14,793 nt of DNA from a candidate division WOR-3 bacterium (lineage in GTDB: Bacteria; Hydrothermota; Hydrothermia; B15-G9; WFZT01), in assembly GCA_027053075.1 (NCBI GenBank), contig JALUEE010000048.1, positions 1-14,793 on the forward strand, written 5' to 3'. The notes under the pieces were generated by a model. The model ran no database searches, was not told the DNA's origin, and saw nothing but the letters and a program-made list of their open reading frames with translations. The stretch's first letter is position 1. Each line of letters starts with the position of its first letter. Shown one piece after another: positions 1-7,825 of this stretch. The position numbers were made by a program, and so were the translations under genes.

Positions 1-159
1 GTTGGTTATTACGATCCCCTGAAGGATGGAAACTTCAAGGTGGATATGGAGAAGTTAGAGGCTTGGTTATCCCGTGGGGCACAGATGACCCCGAGAGTCA
101 AGAGCATTGTTAAATTAACAAATAAGGGTATGCCCACCACTACACAAAAGGAGGAGTAA
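1..159 (+). CDS. rpsP: 30S ribosomal protein S16, 3' part (truncated by window start)
   Basis: Frame 1 reads VGYYDPLKDGNFKVDMEKLEAWLSRGAQMTPRVKSIVK...KEE*, stop TAA at 157-159. It carries the S16 motifs GxYDP and WLxxGAQxT and sits in the canonical position before khpA-rimM-trmD-rplS. Confidence 0.95.
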   Translation, partial: VGYYDPLKDGNFKVDMEKLEAWLSRGAQMTPRVKSIVKLTNKGMPTTTQKEE

Positions 160-162
160 GCA

Positions 163-402
163 ATGGGAGACCTCAAAGAGCTTATCGAGTATGTAGCAAA
201 AGCATTGGTTGATCATCCTGAGGAAGTTTCCGTGAAAGAGATTCCTGGAGAGAAAACTGTGATCTACGAGCTGAAGGTTGGTGAGGGTGACCTTGGCAAA
301 ATCATCGGAAGAGAGGGCAAAACAGCTAAGGCAATCAGGACCATCATCTCAGCAGCAGCAATGAAAAAAGGTAAGAGGGCCGTCCTCGAAATCCTCGAGT
401 AA
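163..402 (+). CDS. khpA: KH-domain RNA-binding protein KhpA (YlqC/UPF0109)
   Basis: ALVDHPEEV and [20 protein letters not shown] (GxxG KH motif). SD AAGGAGG at 148-154. Conserved position between rpsP and rimM. Confidence 0.95.
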   Translation: MGDLKELIEYVAKALVDHPEEVSVKEIPGEKTVIYELKVGEGDLGKIIGREGKTAKAIRTIISAAAMKKGKRAVLEILE

Positions 403-411
403 TCAACTTGA

Positions 412-915
412 GTGAAATACAGGGGCCCTATAACTATTGGAAGATTTGGGAAACCATTTGGTTATAAGGGTGAAATTAAACTCGTTTCTGAAATACCGGA
501 ATTCCGAAAATTTAGAACCCTTCGGGTTCAACTTCCAAAACTCGGTTACAAAAAACTTGAGATAGAGTATTTCAAACCTGCGGGTGGGCATACCCTTATT
601 ATCAAATTTGTAGGTATTGATTCTGAAGAACTTGCTGAACAGCTAAAAGGACTTGAACTCCTTGTAGATGCAGATGAACTACCCCCTACGGAAGAGGGGG
701 AATTTTACTTTTTTGAACTTATAGACGCTGAGGTTTTTGACGAATCTGGCTCTTTGATAGGTAAGCTTGAGTACATAGAAACCACCCCGGCCCATGAGGT
801 TTTCGTGATCCGCACGGAAGAAGGTAAGGAGATAATGATTCCTGTTGTGAAAGAGTTCATAAAATCCATTGATAAAGATAGCGGCCGAATTGTGGTGAAA
901 CTACCAAATGAGTGA
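412..915 (+). CDS. rimM: Ribosome maturation factor RimM
   Basis: N-terminal IGRFGKPFGYKGEIK, linker LPPTEEGEFYFFELI, C-terminal PRC barrel (EIMIPVVKEFIKSID). GTG start. Synteny with rpsP and trmD. Confidence 0.95.
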   Translation: MKYRGPITIGRFGKPFGYKGEIKLVSEIPEFRKFRTLRVQLPKLGYKKLEIEYFKPAGGHTLIIKFVGIDSEELAEQLKGLELLVDADELPPTEEGEFYFFELIDAEVFDESGSLIGKLEYIETTPAHEVFVIRTEEGKEIMIPVVKEFIKSIDKDSGRIVVKLPNE

Positions 916-1669
916 AAAGTGGATTTTTGACTTCATCGCCATATTTCCTGAGCTCATTAAACCTTTCCTGGAAGTAGGGCCTCTTAAAAAGGTGATTGAG
1001 GCTGGGACACTCGAAGTGCGGTTGTTTGACCTGAAAAAGATAGCGGATTCTCCGAAGCAGATTGACGACTACCCCTATGGCGGCGGGCCCGGCATGGTGA
1101 TTAAACCTGAGCCACTCAAAAGGGCTATTGAAAAAACGGGTGGTGGTTATGTAATATATTTCTCACCCCAGGGCGACAGATTGACTCAAGAGCTTGCTCA
1201 CAGGCTCATTGAAAAGAGGCATATAGTCTTTATATGTGGAAGGTATAAGGGCGTGGACGAGAGAATTGTTGAAAAGTACGTTGATCTCGAGCTGTCCATA
1301 GGAGATTACGTGCTCTCCGCAGGAGAGATAGCCGGAATTGTGGTGCTTGACGTGCTCTCGCGGCTTCTACCTGATGCCATGGGAGATATGGATTCCGCCC
1401 GCACAGATTCATTTGAATCCAGTCTCCTCGATGCTCCATACTACACACGTCCACGAGAGTTTGAAGGAATGGAAGTACCAGAAGTTTTGCTCTCTGGCAA
1501 CCATAAGCTTATTGAAAAATGGCGGAAAAGAGAGGCTTTAAAGAGAACCCTTTTAAAAAGACCAGATTTGCTTGAAAATATTGACCTCTCTCCCGAAGAA
1601 AAGAAGTTGTTGGAAGAAATCATTAAGGAGGTATTGGCTCATGAAGGACCACATAATAAAGGAAATTGA
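908..1669 (+). CDS. trmD: tRNA (guanine37-N1)-methyltransferase
   Basis: [52 protein letters not shown]. Overlaps rimM by 8 nt. Confidence 0.98.
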   Translation: MSEKWIFDFIAIFPELIKPFLEVGPLKKVIEAGTLEVRLFDLKKIADSPKQIDDYPYGGGPGMVIKPEPLKRAIEKTGGGYVIYFSPQGDRLTQELAHRLIEKRHIVFICGRYKGVDERIVEKYVDLELSIGDYVLSAGEIAGIVVLDVLSRLLPDAMGDMDSARTDSFESSLLDAPYYTRPREFEGMEVPEVLLSGNHKLIEKWRKREALKRTLLKRPDLLENIDLSPEEKKLLEEIIKEVLAHEGPHNKGN

Positions 1670-2018
1670 GTCAGAATTTATGAGGAAAGATATCCCGCAG
1701 TTCAAAGCTGGAGATACGGTTAGAGTTTATATCCGCATAAAAGAGATGAAGGAAAATCCGAAGACCAAGAAAGTGGAAGAGAGAATCAGGCTACAGCCTT
1801 TCGAAGGTGTGGTGATCAGAAGGAGAGGAAGTGGGCTTCAGGAAACATTTACAGTGAGGAAAGTCACACAGGGAATTGGCATTGAGAAGATTTTCCCGAT
1901 TCACTCACCCATCATTGAAAAGATCGATGTAATTAGAAGGGGTAAGGTTAGACGCTCGAGAATTTACTACATTAGAGAGAGAAGAGGTAAAGCTGCAAGA
2001 ATCAAAGAACTGAGATAA
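1641..2018 (+). CDS. rplS: 50S ribosomal protein L19
   Basis: [42 protein letters not shown]. Start reassigned to ATG 1641, which follows SD AGGAGG at 1626-1631. The ORF-track start at 1572 lies deep inside trmD. Confidence 0.97.
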   Translation: MKDHIIKEIESEFMRKDIPQFKAGDTVRVYIRIKEMKENPKTKKVEERIRLQPFEGVVIRRRGSGLQETFTVRKVTQGIGIEKIFPIHSPIIEKIDVIRRGKVRRSRIYYIRERRGKAARIKELR

Positions 2019-2027
2019 GGGGGAATC

Positions 2028-2318
2028 ATGACAAAAGATGATATAGTAACCCAGATTTCAATGAAAACCGGGCTTACTAAAAAAGATGTGAAGGTTATGG
2101 TGGAAGCAATGCTTGCCACACTGAAGGAGGCCTTCCTGAACGAGGAGAGAGTGGAGCTAAGAGGCTTCGGTATATTTACGACCAAAATGAGGAAAGGGAA
2201 AAAGGGCAAAAACCCCCGTACCAACGAGGATATTTATATCCCTGACAAGAAAACGGTGGTCTTCAAGCCGTCAAAAACAGTTACAAGAATGTTAAACTCC
2301 AAAAAGGGAGGTAAGTGA
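2028..2318 (+). CDS. HU/IHF-family DNA-binding protein
   Basis: MTKDDIV, VELRGFGIF, GKNPRTNEDIYIP and VVFKPSK match the HU/IHF signature. Confidence 0.95.
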   Translation: MTKDDIVTQISMKTGLTKKDVKVMVEAMLATLKEAFLNEERVELRGFGIFTTKMRKGKKGKNPRTNEDIYIPDKKTVVFKPSKTVTRMLNSKKGGK

Positions 2319-2411
2319 ATGCCTTGTGGAAGAAAGAGGAAAAGGAAGAAGATCAAAAAGCATAAGCTAAAGAAAAGAAGGAAAAGGGATAGGCATAAGA
2401 AAAAGAAATGA
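2319..2411 (+). CDS. Small basic ribosomal protein, bS22/AURKAIP1-COX24 (mS38-like) family, 30 aa
   Basis: Translates MPCGRKRKRKKIKKHKLKKRRKRDRHKKKK*. SD GGGAGGT at 2306-2312, ATG directly after the HU stop, ATGA overlap with the next gene. The KR..K..KHK.KKR.K pattern is typical of this family. Confidence 0.85.
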   Translation: MPCGRKRKRKKIKKHKLKKRRKRDRHKKKK

Positions 2412-2896
2412 GGGCTGTTGTGATATCTGATACCCATATACCTTCAAGGGCGAGGGATATTCCGAAGGTAATATGGGAAGATATCGAGTCCTCAGACTTA
2501 ATAATACATGCGGGAGATTTCACAACTGTTGATTTTTATGTACAACTAAAGAGTGTAAAACCTTTGAAAGCAGTCCATGGCAACATGGACGAAATTGATT
2601 TGTTTCATTTGTTAAAAGAGAAAGAAATTTTTGACCTGGAGGGGGTCAGGGTTGGTCTAACTCATGGGTTTGGTGCACCGTACGGTATTGAAAAACGCGT
2701 GATGAAAGTCTTTGAGGGGGAGAACGTTGATCTTATAATATTTGGCCACAGCCACATCCCGGTTTTTAAAAAAGTTGATGGTATTCACCTTTTAAATCCA
2801 GGAACTCCCACCGATACCATATATGCCCGACGCCAGAGCTATGCCATCCTCACCGTGACAGACAACACTTTCAACGTAGAGATCAAATATTTGTAA
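2408..2896 (+). CDS. Metallophosphoesterase, YfcE/MJ0936/Vps29 family
   Basis: Calcineurin-like motifs SDTH, HAGD, GNMD, THG, FGHSH and NPGT. Confidence 0.93.
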   Translation: MRAVVISDTHIPSRARDIPKVIWEDIESSDLIIHAGDFTTVDFYVQLKSVKPLKAVHGNMDEIDLFHLLKEKEIFDLEGVRVGLTHGFGAPYGIEKRVMKVFEGENVDLIIFGHSHIPVFKKVDGIHLLNPGTPTDTIYARRQSYAILTVTDNTFNVEIKYL

Positions 2897-2985
2897 ATCT
2901 TTCTCCTTTTAGGAAATGCGTGCGGGATGAACAAGTTTTTCAATTGCTATTTCCCTTAATAAAAGCTTGGTACGCAAGGCTACTG

Positions 2986-3014
2986 TTGATATTAACACCT
3001 CAACCATTTAAAAT
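2986..3014 (+). promoter_or_regulatory. Putative sigma70 promoter for the satD-like cassette
   Basis: TTGATA (2986-2991), 17 nt, TAAAAT (3009-3014) in the intergenic region. Confidence 0.65.
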
Positions 3015-3077
3015 TCATTAGCGGATGCGTGATAAGGATTTGGAAAATTGTACACGTGAAGTCAATGGAGGTTGACC

Positions 3078-3761
3078 TTGGTATTTGGAGCAATTTTAGC
3101 TGATGTCGTAAGGCATAGAAAATTAAAAGACTGGCCACAAAAGCAAGAACTTCTTATGACTATAAATGAAAAAGTTACGAACAGGTTTGAAAAATATTTG
3201 TTGTTCCCCATTGAGATGACAGCCGGGGATAGACTCATAATACTCCTTAAAAATCCCCGGGAAATAAACAATATTCTCCTGAGTTACGAAGAGGAACTTT
3301 TCTTGAAAAACGCAAAAATTAAACTTAGATGGGGCATAGGTACCGGAAATCTAAACTTGATGGAATCACCTCATACAACAACTGGTGAAGCTCTTTACAG
3401 AGCCCAATCAGCACTGGAAAATGCTCACAGAAACCGTAAATTCTTCGGCTTTTCGTCCGGTTATCAAGATACTGATCGCCTATTGGGAATTTTGAAGAAT
3501 ACGGCGTACAACATTAGAGAGAGGTGGACTTCAAGACAGCGTGAGTTGAGGAAAATCATTATCAATTTGAAAAATTCTGATCAAAAGATCTCTCAGACAA
3601 AACTTGCCTATCTCATGGGGATGACCCAGCCGGCAGTATCTAAAATGATGAAGTCCATGCTTTTCGAAGAGCAGGAACTTTTGGAGAATGAGATCAATCT
3701 GCAATTAAAATATATAACCTCTGAAGGTTATACTCTGCAATATAACCCTGGAGGGTTATGA
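3078..3761 (+). CDS. SatD-family protein (nucleotide-cyclase-like N-terminal domain plus C-terminal HTH)
   Basis: Motif order AILADVV, AGD, RWGIGTG, GEALYRA, WTSRQ, SQTKLAYLMGMTQPAVSK follows the SatD pattern as I recall it. Start moved to TTG 3078, 6 nt after GGAGG (3067-3071); TTG 3072 abuts the SD. Confidence 0.75.
   Translation: MVFGAILADVVRHRKLKDWPQKQELLMTINEKVTNRFEKYLLFPIEMTAGDRLIILLKNPREINNILLSYEEELFLKNAKIKLRWGIGTGNLNLMESPHTTTGEALYRAQSALENAHRNRKFFGFSSGYQDTDRLLGILKNTAYNIRERWTSRQRELRKIIINLKNSDQKISQTKLAYLMGMTQPAVSKMMKSMLFEEQELLENEINLQLKYITSEGYTLQYNPGGL
3713..3760. promoter_or_regulatory. Two tandem palindromic putative operators, TATAACC-N6-GGTTAT, 28-bp period
   Basis: TATAACCT-ctga-AGGTTATA (3713-3732) and ATAACCCT-gg-AGGGTTAT (3742-3759), each with perfect 8-bp arms. 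Confidence 0.7.
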
Positions 3762-3764
3762 TTT

Positions 3765-4289
3765 ATGCTTCTATTAGAAGTATCATTGGCTCTTTTAATT
3801 TACATAATCCTATTCGTCGATTTTCTGATTCCGCGAATTATCGCCAGTTTATCAGTCACCGTTACAAGAAAAATCCACGTTGAGGATTTCCCAAAAATAT
3901 TTATCGCTGATATGGATGGAATATGGTATGATCCTGTTGAAAAAACACTTTACATGACGGATAAGTTTACAAGAGAGAATTATGAACTACTTATGCAAAG
4001 AATCGGGGACAATGTAGAGCAACAGAAAGTAGTGAAAGAGCTTTTCAAAAGTAAATCAAGGGACACTGGAAAATTTATCGGCCTATTTGAGGCAATCCTA
4101 CTTTTAACTGTAGCAATTTTCACTGAAAAATTAGATATTGTTGGATGGTATCTTGCTGCGAAGTTCATTGCTCTCAATGCAAGGGATAAGGAAAACCAGC
4201 AATACTACATTTTAGGCACTATTTTAAATGTATCAATGATTGTATTATTCTTTTTACTTTTCAAATCGATATGGGAGTGGATATTTTAA
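3765..4289 (+). CDS. Membrane protein resembling the C-terminal region of SatE/DUF3307-type proteins
   Basis: One N-terminal TM helix, a soluble loop, then GKFIGLFEAILL, VGWYLAAKF and QYYILGTILN. These echo the G.IG.LER, IG.LIAAKS and EY.LIGTL.S pattern of proteins found next to satD. Confidence 0.65.
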   Translation: MLLLEVSLALLIYIILFVDFLIPRIIASLSVTVTRKIHVEDFPKIFIADMDGIWYDPVEKTLYMTDKFTRENYELLMQRIGDNVEQQKVVKELFKSKSRDTGKFIGLFEAILLLTVAIFTEKLDIVGWYLAAKFIALNARDKENQQYYILGTILNVSMIVLFFLLFKSIWEWIF

Positions 4290-4316
4290 GTTAACTTTTT
4301 AAAGTCTTCCCCAGCC

Positions 4317-4345
4317 TTGAAATATTACCCCGCTGATGGTATCTT
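4317..4345 (+). promoter_or_regulatory. Putative sigma70 promoter (leaderless) for the radical SAM gene
   Basis: TTGAAA (4317-4322), 17 nt, TATCTT (4340-4345) preceded by TGn, then 6 nt to ATG 4352. No SD. Confidence 0.65.
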
Positions 4346-4351
4346 TTCCCG

Positions 4352-6703
4352 ATGCAGCATCCCTTTGGAAATGATCTGATAAGACTCGAAAAACCTGCTC
4401 GTTACATTGGGCAGGAAAGGAATGCAGTCTATAAAGATAAATACAAACTCCGTTTTGCCCTCGTTTATCCCGAAATCTACGAGGTTGGCATGTCCAATCT
4501 CGGACTCAAAATCATCTACCACGTGCTAAACTCTATTCCCGAAGTCTATGCAGAACGCGTCTTCTTACCCTGGCTCGACGCGCTGGAACTCATGCAAAAG
4601 AAGCAAATTCCTTTATTTTCTCTCGAAACCTACACACCACTCAATAAATTTGATGTAATTGGATTCTCCATGCATACGGAGCTAAATTACACCAACCTCC
4701 TCCTCGCTCTGGATTTAGGAAAAATTTCATTTCGCCGCGAGGATAGAAAAAAGCCAATAATCGTGCTCGGAGGCCCCGCAGCACTGAATCCAGCACCACT
4801 CGAGGAATTTGTGGATGTTTTCTTCGTAGGAGAAGCTGAGTTATCAGTTAAAGAGGCCACTCCCCTACTCCTCAGCTGGAAAATCGGGGAAATCACAAGA
4901 GACGAGCTTTTTAAGGAACTTGCAAAAATTGAAGGAGTTTATGTTCCAGCAGTTAAAAACAAGACTAAAAAAGGAATAGCTCCACTATCCCGTGAGCTCT
5001 ATCCCGCACGACAGGTTGTTCCAAACATAGACATTGTCCACAACCGCCTGACTATCGAGATTATGCGTGGCTGCACACGGGGATGCAGATTCTGTGAGGG
5101 TGGGATGGTTTATCGCCCACTAAGGAAACGCGAGGTAGATGATGTTCTTTCTATTATCGAGGAAGGTGTTAAATACACGGGATGGGATGAGGTAGGACTC
5201 CTTGCATTTACAAGCTCCGACTACCCTGAGCTGGTTGAGCTCATCGTAAAAATTAAAGAAAAATTTGAAAATCAGGTGTTTGTCTCCCTTCCTTCTCTAC
5301 CTGTGGATGCTATTAACCTTGAACTCATCGAGACAGTTGAAGATATGCGCAGATTCGGGCTCACCCTCGCACCGGAGACCGCATCAGACAGGCTGAGGAA
5401 GGTTATAAACAAAAATGTGCCACTTGAAGACATTGAAAAATCTATCGAAATTGCGAAAAGATTTGGCTGGAGACACATTAAACTTTATTTCATGATAGGA
5501 CTGCCAACAGAGACTGAAGAGGACGTGAGGGAACTCGGCTACTTTCTTAAAAGAATCGCTCGACAGGCAAGAAGAATCAGTTTCAAAGCCTCCATCTCCC
5601 CGTTTGTTCCCCGCCCACACACTCCATTCCAATGGGTGAGACAGGAAACACCCGATGAAATCTTCGAGAAGATTAGAATCATTAAATCCATCACCCGAAG
5701 GGAAAGAAACCTGAGGGTTTCATTTCACAATCCTTACAATTCACTCCTCGAAGGCATTCTTAGCAGGGGTGACGGGAGCCTCTCTAAGGTCCTCTTGGAA
5801 GCCTACAAAAACGGTGCATTTTTAGAGAGCTGGTCCGAGCAGTTTGATTTCTCAAAATGGGAAAAGGCATTTGATAAACTCGGAATAGACTACAGGGAAT
5901 ATCTCCGAGAAAGGGAGCTCAACGAAAAACTTCCCTGGGACAATATCAACGTGATGATTTTTAAAAAATACATGCAGCTTGAATATCGCAGGGCAATGAA
6001 CGAGGAGTACACATCCAACTGCATGACTGAAGGGTGCACGGGATGCGGTCCATTCCTGAAAATGGGCTTCAAACTTTGCAAAGAGGGGCTGCCATCTATG
6101 AAAATTCCGGAAAAAATTGAGATTAGGAAACCCGGGACTGAAGTAATCTATCGCTACCTGATTTTCTTCTCAAAAACCGGAAACGCAAGATTTATAGCCC
6201 AGAATGACACAGTGCGGCTTATTCTCCAGGCCTTAAAAAGTGCAGGTGTGAAAATACGCTATCGGGGAGAATTTGTTCCACGACCGGCCATCAGCACCGG
6301 CCCATCATTGATTCTCGGAGCAGAATCAAAAAATGAGCCACTTTACATAGAAACCCATACCGAGATCACGGATGAGGTGCTAAAAAAGGCATCCAGATTT
6401 CTCATACCGGGTCTCGAGTTGAAGCATGTTGTGCCACTCAATAAAAAAGTTAACTGGCAGGACTTTAACCGTGTGCTTTACAGGATAAAACTTCCAAGAG
6501 AACTGGCAGTGGCACTAAGTAGGACCTCATCAAATGGCATAAAAGTCAAAGTTGATGGGAACGGAATCACAATTGAAGCCCCGGCATCCGGCTTCAGTGT
6601 GCTAAAATTTCTATCTGAAAAACTTGGAATTGACAGAGAAGAGGCTCGAAGTTTTCAGATTGAGCGTTTTTATGCAATAACTTATAATACCACCCATGAC
6701 TGA
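4352..6703 (+). CDS. B12-binding radical SAM protein (TIGR03960-like) fused to a DUF2344/TIGR03936-like C-terminal domain
   Basis: EKPARYIGQE, YEVGMSNLG, EIMRGCTRGCRFC (CxxxCxxC), LTLAPE, KLYFMIGLPTET, FVPRPHTPFQW, LPWD and C..GCTGCG. The C-terminal FSKTGNARFI...PRPAISTGPSL.LGAES..E is DUF2344-like. Confidence 0.9.
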   Translation: MQHPFGNDLIRLEKPARYIGQERNAVYKDKYKLRFALVYPEIYEVGMSNLGLKIIYHVLNSIPEVYAERVFLPWLDALELMQKKQIPLFSLETYTPLNKFDVIGFSMHTELNYTNLLLALDLGKISFRREDRKKPIIVLGGPAALNPAPLEEFVDVFFVGEAELSVKEATPLLLSWKIGEITRDELFKELAKIEGVYVPAVKNKTKKGIAPLSRELYPARQVVPNIDIVHNRLTIEIMRGCTRGCRFCEGGMVYRPLRKREVDDVLSIIEEGVKYTGWDEVGLLAFTSSDYPELVELIVKIKEKFENQVFVSLPSLPVDAINLELIETVEDMRRFGLTLAPETASDRLRKVINKNVPLEDIEKSIEIAKRFGWRHIKLYFMIGLPTETEEDVRELGYFLKRIARQARRISFKASISPFVPRPHTPFQWVRQETPDEIFEKIRIIKSITRRERNLRVSFHNPYNSLLEGILSRGDGSLSKVLLEAYKNGAFLESWSEQFDFSKWEKAFDKLGIDYREYLRERELNEKLPWDNINVMIFKKYMQLEYRRAMNEEYTSNCMTEGCTGCGPFLKMGFKLCKEGLPSMKIPEKIEIRKPGTEVIYRYLIFFSKTGNARFIAQNDTVRLILQALKSAGVKIRYRGEFVPRPAISTGPSLILGAESKNEPLYIETHTEITDEVLKKASRFLIPGLELKHVVPLNKKVNWQDFNRVLYRIKLPRELAVALSRTSSNGIKVKVDGNGITIEAPASGFSVLKFLSEKLGIDREEARSFQIERFYAITYNTTHD
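6660..6688 (+). promoter_or_regulatory. Putative internal sigma70 promoter (leaderless) for moxR
   Basis: TTGAGC (6660-6665), 17 nt, TATAAT (6683-6688), 7 nt, ATG 6696. It lies inside the 3' end of the upstream CDS. Confidence 0.6.
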
Positions 6704-7685
6704 TAAAGAAATTTTTGAAATCATCAGCGGAATCGAATCTGCTATTGACAATGAACTTTCCAAAGTCATTGTTGGACAGAAAGAAGTAATCGAAAAGATA
6801 CTAATTGCCCTTCTCTCTGGTGGACATGTGCTTATTATCGGTGTGCCCGGGCTCGCCAAGACTCTCCTTGTCAAAACACTTGCCCAGATACTCGATCTTA
6901 AATTCTCAAGGATTCAGTTTACACCTGACCTAATGCCTTCTGACATAATTGGAACGGATATCATCGAAGAAGACCCTGCAACAGGTAAAAGAAGATTCAA
7001 GTTTGTCCGCGGTCCAGTCTTTGCAAATATGATACTTGCAGATGAGATAAATAGAACTCCCCCAAAGACCCAGTCTGCCCTCCTTGAGGCCATGCAAGAG
7101 CTAAGGGTCACGGCAGGTGGCAACACCTATGAATTGGATAAGCCGTTCTTTGTCCTTGCCACCCAGAACCCAATTGAACAGGAAGGTACATACCCTCTGC
7201 CCGAAGCACAGCTCGATAGGTTTATGTTTAACGTCTTAATCGACTATCCCGGCTATGAAGAAGAGCTTGAGATTGCAAAAACAACGACAGGTGTGGAGAC
7301 TCATGACCTTAAAAAAGTTCTCGGTAAAGAGGAACTCCTGAACGCCCAGAATCTTGTGCGCAGGGTTCCTGTGGCAGATAATGTAATAGAGTTCGCAGTT
7401 AAGCTATCCCGTGCCTCGAGACCATCTGACGAGCTTGCCACCGATTTTGTGAAAGAATACGTTCATTACGGAGCAGGGCCCAGGGCATCGCAGTACCTGA
7501 TACTTGGGGCTAAAGCACGGGCATTGCTAAAAGCAAGGCCCACCCCGACCATTGAAGATGTTGTCGAGGTGGCTTACCCTGTTTTGCGACACAGAATACT
7601 CGTGAATTTCAACGCTGAGGCCGAAGGCATTACATCAGAGGAAGTAATTCGCCATCTTCTCGAAGAGAGTAAAAAATGGATTTAA
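6696..7685 (+). CDS. MoxR-family AAA+ ATPase
   Basis: GVPGLAKT (Walker A), RIQFTPDLMPSDI, LADEINRTPPKTQSALLEAMQE, ATQNPIEQEGTYPLPEAQLDRF. Confidence 0.97.
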   Translation: MTDKEIFEIISGIESAIDNELSKVIVGQKEVIEKILIALLSGGHVLIIGVPGLAKTLLVKTLAQILDLKFSRIQFTPDLMPSDIIGTDIIEEDPATGKRRFKFVRGPVFANMILADEINRTPPKTQSALLEAMQELRVTAGGNTYELDKPFFVLATQNPIEQEGTYPLPEAQLDRFMFNVLIDYPGYEEELEIAKTTTGVETHDLKKVLGKEELLNAQNLVRRVPVADNVIEFAVKLSRASRPSDELATDFVKEYVHYGAGPRASQYLILGAKARALLKARPTPTIEDVVEVAYPVLRHRILVNFNAEAEGITSEEVIRHLLEESKKWI

Positions 7686-7698
7686 TGAGTATGCATCA

Positions 7699-7747
7699 CC
7701 TGTGCGGGCTCTCCCACGCACTTCGTGCGTGGGAGAGCCCGCACAGG
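7699..7747. repeat. Perfect 23-bp inverted repeat with TTC loop (REP-like hairpin)
   Basis: CCTGTGCGGGCTCTCCCACGCAC-ttc-GTGCGTGGGAGAGCCCGCACAGG, 13 nt after the moxR stop. No U-tract. Confidence 0.9.
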
Positions 7748-7825
7748 GATAAACAAATTAGTCTCGGAAGTCAATAATCATGGAGAATCTGCTCGGAGAA
7801 TTTATCTGGAATTTTAAGAGAAATT

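Noticed and set aside
1572..1640. N-terminal extension of L19 in the ORF track
   Set aside because: It lies inside trmD, and a strong SD precedes ATG 1641.
2234..2437. Hydrophobic 67-aa ORF on the minus strand
   Set aside because: It is the antisense shadow of the A/G-rich bS22-like gene. The Phe/Leu richness follows from the complementary Lys/Arg codons.
2897..2985. Terminator or RNA gene after the phosphoesterase
   Set aside because: There is only a weak TCCT-ttt-AGGA stem, with no tRNA or riboswitch hallmarks.
7699..7747. Intrinsic terminator call for the 23-bp hairpin
   Set aside because: There is no U-tract on either strand, the stem is unusually long, and its core is shared with other repeats. 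It is reported as a repeat.
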